From sequence record SRR31156797_479: 42,253 nucleotides of DNA. One strand, given 5' to 3'. The notes beneath the pieces are model-generated. The model made no database searches. It was given only the letters and a program-made list of their open reading frames with translations, and was not told the origin of the DNA. Position numbers and translations under genes: made by a program. Positions 26,482-35,000 of the stretch are shown in pieces. The stretch's first letter is position 1; each line of letters begins with the position of its first letter.

Positions 26482-27927
26482 ATGAATAGAGACATTTATC
26501 AAGAGCCGCTTGTTTCCCGTTACACCAGCAAAGCTATGCAGGAATTGTTTAGTGAGCGCTTTAAATTTACCCATTGGAGAAAATGTTGGATTGCACTTGC
26601 TGAAGCTCAATATGAACTCGGTTTACCAGCAGTAACTGAGGAAATGATCAACGAGCTCAAGGCAAATGCTGATAATATTAATTTTGACGTTGCTGTTGAA
26701 AAAGAAAAAGAAATTCGTCACGATGTCATGGCTCATGTCTTTGCCTACGGTCAGCAATGCCCATTGGCTGAGCCCATCATTCACCTCGGAGCCACCTCGC
26801 AGTTTGTAGTTTGCAACACTGACCTAATGGTACAGAAACTTGCATTGGGGCTTATAAAGAAATCATTGCTGCGTGTTATTCAAAATCTTGCTGCTTTCAG
26901 CCTGCAGCAGAAAGGAACCGCCACCTTAGGTTACACCCATTATCAACCCGCTCAACCAACCACTGTCGGAAAGAGAAATACTCTCTACATCCAGGACCTC
27001 ATTATGGATCTGGAGTACATAGAAAACCTTGAGGAACAAATTAAGGCTCGCGGTGCCAAGGGTACGGTTGGAACTCAAGCAACCTTTATCGAACTCTTTA
27101 ATGGAGACCATGAAAAGGTTCGAGAGTTGGATCGACGGGTTGCACAAAAACTTAATTTTGATGCAGTTTTTCCTGTAACTGGCCAAACCTATCCTAGAAA
27201 ACTGGATATGAAGACCAGTGAAACCCTCGCCGGTATTGGAGGCTCGGCCCATAAATTCGCGGTCGACTTACGATTGCTCTCTAACCTCAAAGTTCAGGAA
27301 GAACCGTTTGCCAGTAAACAGGTAGGCAGTTCAGCCATGGCCTACAAAAGAAACCCTATGCGCTCTGAAAGAATGACCGGCCTTGCCCGTAAACTTATGG
27401 GACTGCCTTCTAATTTTGGTGCAACCGCCGCCAACCAGTGGTTCGAGAGAACTTTGGATGACTCTGCCATCCGCAGAATGGATATCGCCCAGGCATTTTT
27501 ACTGTCTGACGCCATATTAAAGTTATATATAAACATTACTAATGATATGGTTGTATATCCGAAGCAAATTGAAAAATACCTTCGAGAAGAGCTTCCTTTT
27601 ATGGCCACTGAAAAAATTCTTATGGCCTGTGTTGAACGCGGAGAAAGTCGTCAGGAAATGCATGAAGTAATTCGTGAATATTCCGTTGAAGCCGGGGCTG
27701 CCGTTAAAAATCATGGCGTTGCCAACGATCTGTTGCAAAGGCTCGGCAACGATGACCGTGTTCCTTTTGATCAGGAAGAGCTGGACAGCTTGCTTGGTAA
27801 CTACCAGGAGTTCACAGGACGTGCCGCAGAACAGACCGAAGAGTACCTTCAGGAAGAAGTACAGCCACTGCTGGATAAACACAAAGATGCATTATCGGAA
27901 GACATCGACTCAACTTTAACTGTTTAG
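26482..27927 (+). CDS. purB: Adenylosuccinate lyase
   Basis: RHDVMAH, IHLGATS, GYTHYQPAQPTT and signature GSSAMAYKRNP motifs. Confidence 0.96.
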   Translation: MNRDIYQEPLVSRYTSKAMQELFSERFKFTHWRKCWIALAEAQYELGLPAVTEEMINELKANADNINFDVAVEKEKEIRHDVMAHVFAYGQQCPLAEPIIHLGATSQFVVCNTDLMVQKLALGLIKKSLLRVIQNLAAFSLQQKGTATLGYTHYQPAQPTTVGKRNTLYIQDLIMDLEYIENLEEQIKARGAKGTVGTQATFIELFNGDHEKVRELDRRVAQKLNFDAVFPVTGQTYPRKLDMKTSETLAGIGGSAHKFAVDLRLLSNLKVQEEPFASKQVGSSAMAYKRNPMRSERMTGLARKLMGLPSNFGATAANQWFERTLDDSAIRRMDIAQAFLLSDAILKLYINITNDMVVYPKQIEKYLREELPFMATEKILMACVERGESRQEMHEVIREYSVEAGAAVKNHGVANDLLQRLGNDDRVPFDQEELDSLLGNYQEFTGRAAEQTEEYLQEEVQPLLDKHKDALSEDIDSTLTV

Positions 27928-27933
27928 GGCATC

Positions 27934-28197
27934 TTGTTGAAAAACAATACTTTTGACACTTATGCGTACACTGTTTTCCTCCGTGTACGCAAAGAAAAAA
28001 TTGGGTGGTTGAAATTTATCATAGAGGGGTATGATGGTCTCGCGACCCTGTCAACCCTATCGGTATCTGAAGGCTTAATTAAAATTTGGACAACAAAATC
28101 TTCTCTATCGCAGCTGTTTGCCTTGCTCAACGCTGTTGCTGAAGAAGTAACGCCCTACCCCACTCAATCAAAAACAAATGCACCTACGCTTGACTAA
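27934..28197 (+). CDS. DUF4911-like small protein
   Basis: RKEKIGWLKFIIEGYDGLATLSTL pattern; fills the purB-miaB gap. Confidence 0.7.
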   Translation: MLKNNTFDTYAYTVFLRVRKEKIGWLKFIIEGYDGLATLSTLSVSEGLIKIWTTKSSLSQLFALLNAVAEEVTPYPTQSKTNAPTLD

Positions 28198-28203
28198 TCA
28201 TTT

Positions 28204-29556
28204 ATGGAAAAAAGACTCTACATAAAAACCTTTGGCTGCCAGATGAATATAAGGGATTCTGAAATCATTGAGCAGCTGTTAGCGCAGGATGGCTACCTTA
28301 CAGTAGACTCACCAGAACATGCTGATGTCGTTATTCTTAATACATGCAGCATAAGGGCAAAGGCCGAACAAAAAGTGTTCAGCCTTCTTGGCCAGCTGCG
28401 CGACACCAAAAAACAACGTCCAGAACTGCGGATTGGCGTTGCAGGGTGTGTTGCTCAACAGGAAGGGGACCAGATTTTTAAACGAATGCCCCATGTTGAT
28501 TTCATCGTGGGTACACAACAGATATATCAGCTGCCTGAAATTCTTTACCGACTCAACGATAAGCAGACTGTACATGAAAAGGCAACAGACCTTGACAGTG
28601 CCTTCTCCATCCCTCCCTTTCAACAGCTCCTGACGAACGATACCACTCCCAAGGCTTCGGCAGACAGTGGATTAAAACGATTTGTTACCATTATGCAGGG
28701 ATGCAATAACTACTGCAGCTACTGCGTTGTCCCTTACACCAGGGGAAGGGAAATCAGCCGCCCCCTGACTGACATTGTGGAAGAAGTGCGGATTCTGGTG
28801 GACCAAGGAGTAAAAGAAATAACACTCCTCGGTCAAAACGTAAATTCCTATGGCATGACTAATGCTGTAGCAGATACTCCTATTTCTTTTGCTCAACTAC
28901 TGCGTAAAGTGGCTGAAGTCAAAGGGCTTGGACGACTCAGATTCACCACCTCAAACCCAAAGGATCTTTCCGAAGATCTCATGCGCTGTTTTGCAGAACT
29001 CGACAATCTTTGTCCCCATTTTCATCTTCCGGTTCAATCTGGCTCAAATCGAATTTTAGCCCTAATGAACCGAAAGTATACCATTGAAGATTACCTGCAG
29101 AAGGTAGAAACACTTCGTTCCTACTGCCCGGATATTGCACTCGCCACGGATATGATCATTGGTTTTCCAGGAGAAACAGATGCCGATTTTGAGCAGACCG
29201 TTGACCTGCTTAAAACTGTTCAATATCACGGATCTTTCTCCTTTAAATATTCAGATCGTCCCCATACAAGATCTGCAGACTTTCCCGATAAAGTTCCGGA
29301 AGAGGTGAAAAGCCAACGATTGCAGATATTTCAAAACCTTCAGGACGATATCAGCCTCGCTCGCAACAGGGAATACATCGGTCGCACAGTAGAAGTAATG
29401 GTTGAAGCGATTACCGATAAAGACTGTAAAGGGCGTACCCCTACAAACCATATTGTTCATTTTTCTCAACCCGGGAACATGCTCTCCCCTGGTGATTTAG
29501 TCCATATTGATATCAATCATGCAGGTAAACACTCGCTGAAAGGGCTTATTACTTGA
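28204..29556 (+). CDS. miaB: tRNA-i6A37 methylthiotransferase MiaB
   Basis: TFGCQMN, NTCSIR..AE, GCNNYCSYCVVPYTRG and HLPVQSGS motifs; C-terminal TRAM domain. Confidence 0.97.
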   Translation: MEKRLYIKTFGCQMNIRDSEIIEQLLAQDGYLTVDSPEHADVVILNTCSIRAKAEQKVFSLLGQLRDTKKQRPELRIGVAGCVAQQEGDQIFKRMPHVDFIVGTQQIYQLPEILYRLNDKQTVHEKATDLDSAFSIPPFQQLLTNDTTPKASADSGLKRFVTIMQGCNNYCSYCVVPYTRGREISRPLTDIVEEVRILVDQGVKEITLLGQNVNSYGMTNAVADTPISFAQLLRKVAEVKGLGRLRFTTSNPKDLSEDLMRCFAELDNLCPHFHLPVQSGSNRILALMNRKYTIEDYLQKVETLRSYCPDIALATDMIIGFPGETDADFEQTVDLLKTVQYHGSFSFKYSDRPHTRSADFPDKVPEEVKSQRLQIFQNLQDDISLARNREYIGRTVEVMVEAITDKDCKGRTPTNHIVHFSQPGNMLSPGDLVHIDINHAGKHSLKGLIT

Positions 29557-29630
29557 CAACTCACCCTGTTCTTGGCTAAAAACACATTTCGCATTAACCA
29601 TTTTGATACTATTGGCTTCGAGGTATAAAA

Positions 29631-29726
29631 ATGATTGATTCCCATTCCCATATTTTTAAAAGCGATGTGGCGATGACATCATCTGAGCACCCTCGCCGGG
29701 TTGAAATGCTCAGTTACTCCATGTGA
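29631..29726 (+). CDS. Possible 31-aa small ORF or gene remnant (MIDSHSHIFKSDVAMTSSEHPRRVEMLSYSM)
   Basis: GAGGT RBS 6 nt upstream; start resembles the DxHxH motif of metallo-hydrolases. Confidence 0.25.
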   Translation: MIDSHSHIFKSDVAMTSSEHPRRVEMLSYSM

Positions 29727-30018
29727 CTTCCTTACCAAAGAGGTTGTTGAAAGAGTTTCACTTGGAGCCGAACAAAGTAAAGTGCATTAACAGCAGTTAC
29801 GTAAAGATTTGCAACAGCGTGTCAATGCACTCTAATCTCTCTTCCGAAAGCGCTGCTTTTGGATATCCGTATTAACGTTAATCTTTGTGAAGCGCCTTCA
29901 CTGCTAGTCGCTAAAGATTTGACAATATATTGTTTTTTTTGTAATTAATTACGTTCCTAATATCATTTTTCCTTCTCTGGAAAAATGCTAACAACCCGTT
30001 CACAAAAGGAGGTCTCGC

Positions 30019-30420
30019 TTGACTGGTTTTGAAGCTATTACACACCATAATGGATGGGCTATGGCAGTAGTGGGTGCGACGATTGTAATTTCCGGCCTTG
30101 CCAGCCTGGCACTTATTATATCTCAACTACACAAAATCATAGGCCTGCTAGAGAAGAAAAAAGAACCTCCTGTTGTTGAAATCTCTGAAGAAAATCAGAC
30201 AGAAGCCACTTCGGCTGAAATTTGCCCTGCTAATATCGATGTCACACTGGAGTTATACCGACCTTTAATAGAGGAACTTGATGAGCAGTTCCAACTAGCT
30301 GATCTTTATGCACTTGCCAAAAAATATCACCTGCACCACCCTCACCTTTCGATTCGGTGTCTGCGTGATGCTGGCAAACTCCACTCATTAGGTGATGGCG
30401 TTTTCCGCCTGGCAGCGTAA
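30019..30420 (+). CDS. OadG-like (Na+-translocating decarboxylase gamma-type) protein with extended C-terminus
   Basis: AAGGAGG RBS plus TTG start; single N-terminal TM (MAVVGATIVISGLASLALII); directly upstream of a beta subunit. Confidence 0.72.
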   Translation: MTGFEAITHHNGWAMAVVGATIVISGLASLALIISQLHKIIGLLEKKKEPPVVEISEENQTEATSAEICPANIDVTLELYRPLIEELDEQFQLADLYALAKKYHLHHPHLSIRCLRDAGKLHSLGDGVFRLAA

Positions 30421-30461
30421 TTTTTTCTTTTATTGAATCTGTTTAAAGGAGGAACGAATAT

Positions 30462-31598
30462 ATGGAGCTTCTGGATCTTTTTCTACAATTTTTCACCAAT
30501 ACAGGATTCTACCTGGCCGACTATCGCAATATTATCATGCTGGTAATCGGTATCCTTTTTGTTTATCTAGCCATTGCCAAAGAGTATGAGCCGTTACTGC
30601 TGCTTCCCATTGGCTTTGGTGTTATTGTCGGTAATATTCCTTTTTTCAAAGGCTTTGGCATAGGAATTTATGAGGCCAACAGTGTTCTCCACTATCTGTA
30701 CTTTGGTGTAACTTCAGGTGTCTATCCCTCGATAGTCTTCCTGGGACTCGGCGCCATGACAGACTTCTCATTTTTGCTCAGTAATCCAAAACTGATGCTT
30801 TTGGGAGCTGCTGCCCAGATGGGTATTTTCTTTACCCTGCTTAGTGCTTTGGCACTCGGTTTCTCCCTTAACGAAGCTTCTTCCATTGCTATTATTGGTG
30901 GCGCAGACGGCCCGACTTCCATCTTTTTAACAGCCAAACTTGCCCCAGAACTCATCGGCCCCATAGCTATTGCAGCCTACTCGTACATGGCGCTAATCCC
31001 TATTATCCAACCGCCGATAATGAAACTGCTCACCACCCAAAAGGAACGCGTTATTCGCATGCCCGACCTGCGCGAAGTTTCCAAAAAGGAACGTCTGGTA
31101 TTCCCAGTGGTGGGTATCGTTTTATGCTGCTTCCTAGCACCGGCATCCATCCCGTTACTTGGCCCGTTTTTCTTTGGTAACCTGATGAAAGAGAGTGGTG
31201 TGGTGGAACGCCTGGCCCAGACTGCCCGCACAGCAGTTATTGACACAGCAACAATCTTCTTGGGTTTTACGGTTGGTGCAAGTACCCAAGGGGATGTTTT
31301 TCTCAATCCTAAATCCATTGGTATCTTCATCCTTGGCGCAGTTGCTTTTAGCATCGCCACCGCATCCGGGGTCATCTTTGCCAAAGTGATGAATCTGTTT
31401 CTCAAGCAACCAATCAATCCGTTGCTTGGTGCTTCAGGCGTTTCAGCCGTTCCAGGGTCCGCTCGAGAAGTACACATGATGGGGTTGAAATCAGACCCAA
31501 CCAACTATTTGTTGATGCATGCCATGGCCTGCAACTCTTCTGGTGTGATCGGCTCTGCCATCTGTGCCGGTATCTTATGGAGTTTCAACATGAATTAA
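30462..31598 (+). CDS. oadB: Sodium ion-translocating decarboxylase beta subunit
   Basis: YEPLLLLPIGFG, GAMTDF, GAAAQ.GIF, IIGGADGPT, AAYSYMAL and NPLLGASGVSAVP motifs. Confidence 0.93.
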   Translation: MELLDLFLQFFTNTGFYLADYRNIIMLVIGILFVYLAIAKEYEPLLLLPIGFGVIVGNIPFFKGFGIGIYEANSVLHYLYFGVTSGVYPSIVFLGLGAMTDFSFLLSNPKLMLLGAAAQMGIFFTLLSALALGFSLNEASSIAIIGGADGPTSIFLTAKLAPELIGPIAIAAYSYMALIPIIQPPIMKLLTTQKERVIRMPDLREVSKKERLVFPVVGIVLCCFLAPASIPLLGPFFFGNLMKESGVVERLAQTARTAVIDTATIFLGFTVGASTQGDVFLNPKSIGIFILGAVAFSIATASGVIFAKVMNLFLKQPINPLLGASGVSAVPGSAREVHMMGLKSDPTNYLLMHAMACNSSGVIGSAICAGILWSFNMN

Positions 31599-31623
31599 AC
31601 TGACATATTACTATGTTCTTTTT

Positions 31624-31662
31624 AAAAAGCGGTTTCCAGTAACAAGGAAAACCGCTTTTTTT
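31624..31662 (+). terminator. Intrinsic (probably bidirectional) terminator after oadB
   Basis: AAAAAGCGGTTTCC...GGAAAACCGCTTTTTTT. Confidence 0.85.
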
Positions 31663-32008
31663 GTTTAAACATAGTTATATACAAGGTCAGTTTGGTTGCT
31701 GTCCGATGTAGGCTTCTACACAGCCCTCCCTACACTAGTTGAGATTGGGCGTGAGCATCTTTTCATAAAATAAATGTGTTACTTCAGGTTCATACTATTA
31801 AAATCAACCAGGTATGAATTTGACTAAATGCTCCCTGAAGCTCAGTCCATGCGGCATCATCTTTTTCAGTATTTTGGCAGTAAAATAGTCTGCTATCGGA
31901 GTCTACGCTTATCTATTTACTACCCAAAACTTTAAACCTGGCTCGTCTGACCTGATGTGAAGCCAGGCTAGGGTTAAGCAGAGGATAACCTTTGAGGAAC
32001 AATGAAAA

Positions 32009-35000
32009 ATGTTAGAGGTTAACGGGGTAAATATCCATGAGCAACTCTTAGAAACAGATCTATTTTCTCTTTATCGTGGGACACAAGCAAATAATAACAC
32101 CCCGTTACTGATAAAAGCTGGACCTCTTGACAGCTTAAACGGAGCAGGCCACACTTTTGGCCACCATGAATTTTCTATTATGCGGCTCTTTCGTTCCGAC
32201 CACGTCGCAACAGCCTATTCACACCACCAAGACCAGCAGGGCAAGATTATGCTTCTTGAGGATATTGGTGCAGTACCTCTCACTTCCCTACCCCAAGGGT
32301 TGCATTCAGATATCCCCTCTTTTCTGCGCCTTGCTCTCCTTATAACCAAGGCACTTGCAGTCATCCATGCTCGCAAAGTTATACATAATGCATTTACTCC
32401 CGACTGTATTGTCTACAATGCAGAACACGGGCTCCTCCAGGTTGTAGATTTCAGTAAAGCGCAGAGAATACATCACCATCAAGAAAGTCATGGGCAGCCA
32501 ACTGACGCCCATCCCATCACTTTAAGAGAACTCCCCTTTTGTTCCCCTGAACGTATAGGCCGAGGCAACTGTACCGTCACTCCACGGAGTGACCTGTATT
32601 CGCTTGGAATAATACTCTATCAATCTCTTACAGGGACATCTCCGGTAAAGGGTACCAATCAGCTTGAGCTGATCCACGCCCATATTGCGCAAAGACCGGT
32701 TCCGCCGCATAAGTTGCATGGAAATATTCCGCAGCCCCTGTCCAGAGTGATTATGAAGCTGCTTGATAAATACCCAGATGAACGCTACCAAACCTGCACA
32801 AACCTCCGTCTTGACTTATCCAGGTGCCTTGAAGAACTGAAAGAAAAAGGCCAAATTTCTCCCTTTGAACCAGGGAGCCTTGGGCATATTGTTCAAGAGT
32901 CAACTCCCAAACTTTTTGGCAGGGACCTAGCCCTCAACCAGTTGTATCACTCCTATAGCCAGTTACGTGACAAACGTACCCTTTTGATTACCGTTTCCGG
33001 TGCATCTGGTACCGGAAAAACCACCTTGGTCCAACAGTTCAAAGAATCCATTGTTAGCGAGCCACATTATTTTTTGACCGGTAAATTCGACCAATACCAC
33101 CGTAATACCCCCTATACCTCTTTTATCGAATGCCTGCGTGAACTCACACGTATCATCTTACTACAAGACCAACAACAGCTTGAACAATGGCAGGTAAAAC
33201 TCCTTGCCGAGTTAAAGGCCAATGCGCAGGTCGTTATCGACGTTATTCCTGAACTTGAATATATTATTGGGAAACAACCCCCAGTACCTTCACTTGATCC
33301 GGCCGAGACCAGAGCCAGGTTTGAGACCTGTTTATGCCAATTTATCAGGGCCTGCAGTACTGTGGAACAACCACTGCTTCTCTTTCTTGATGACATGCAG
33401 TGGACAGATACAGCAACACTCAACCTGCTTGACATTTTTCTTAATGATAAGTCCATCGATTCTCTACTTGTTATTTGTGCTTTTCGAGATGATGAACTTA
33501 TGCAAGGTTCGCCTCTTTCTCTTTTTCTTGAAAACCTGCAAAAAAGTTCTGATAAAACCCATAACATTACACTGAAAGACCTTTCCCGAAGCCATTTAGT
33601 GGAGTATCTTACACACCACCTGCCAGATGTATCCGAACAGCTGGAAACCATTGCAAATATAAGCATGGAGAAGACCAATGGTAATCCCTTTTTCCTCCAG
33701 CAGTTTCTCCATTCTCTTTTTCGCCACAACCATATCTGGTTTGACCCTGACAGCAACAGCTGGCAATTTGACCAAGCCAAAGTAAGTGAAGGGAACATTT
33801 CAGATAATGTTGCTAACCTCATCCTCGGCCGCTTTCATGATTTAGATAATTCTAGCCGTGAAATGCTCCAATTACTTTCTTGCATGGGAAGCAGCTTTGA
33901 TCTTGATACGATCATCTATATTTGCGGCCAGGAGCAATCCTATGTATACCGACAGCTTGGCAAGATAGTTGAAGAGGGTTTCTTGCTTGAAACATCAGAT
34001 ACGCAGAGGTATGCGGTTGATAATCACCAGGCGGCACAACACACGTCCCAGGAAAATGACGCACAGATAACAAAATTTTATAAATTCGCCCATGACCAGA
34101 TCCAACAGGCCATTTATCTTAAGCTGCCTATAAAACACAGGCAAAGGCTGCACCTGAAACTAGGCACACAGTTGCAAAAGTTGTTAGCGGAGCAACCTCA
34201 CGATGCCAATATCTATACTGTGGTTGGTCATAAAAATCAGGGGCGTGAACTTATAGTAGAAAAGGAAGAGCGCTCCCAACTTGGTTCTCTAAACTTGCGA
34301 GCTGGCAGGAAGGCCCTTTCCACTGCTGCCTATGACGCTGCTTCTCATTTTTTTGTAATCGGTCGCCAGCTTCTCGGTTCGCAAGGATGGCTAGGTAAAA
34401 ATTATCATCTTACCCTTGAACTGCACCTCGGTGGCGCAGAAGCATATTACCTTAATGGTGACTACGAGGGAATGCGAACGCTTGTTGCAGATGTGGAAGA
34501 AAATGCTGTCAACCGTCTTGATGTGATTAGGGGGTACGAAATCGAGATTCAGGCATTGACAGCAAATAACAAACTCAACGATGCCGTTGATAAATCTTTG
34601 CACGCACTTCGCTTACTTAATATCGATATCCCATTGCACCCTAATAAAATCACCTTAGTGCTGGCTTATCTCAAAACTAGAGTGTTGCTCGTGGGGAAAA
34701 GACCCGACTATCTTTTGAACCTGCCTAAAATGACCAACCCCAATAAACAGGCAATAATGCGAATACTTTACCGCATGGGCACCCCTGCTTATTACAAAGG
34801 CGCTGATTTTTTAGGACTTATTGCATGCAAAACCATGCAGCTCTCTTTAAAATATGGCAACACTTCACATTCTGCAGCAGTTGGTTACGCGGCTTTTTCT
34901 ATAATGCAATGTGGAGTTGTTGGAGATATCAACAACGGATATGCCAGCGGCCAAGTAGCCCTTAAACTCCAGGATAAATTTGTCCCTCAATCCATCCTGC

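Noticed and set aside
32002-32022. Out-of-frame mini-ORF MKNVRG overlapping the kinase start, next to a GGA-loop hairpin (31970-31992)
   Set aside because: Too short to distinguish from chance.
33112-33822. 236-aa minus-strand ORF and other long antisense ORFs inside genes
   Set aside because: Shadows of well-supported genes, with no independent motifs.
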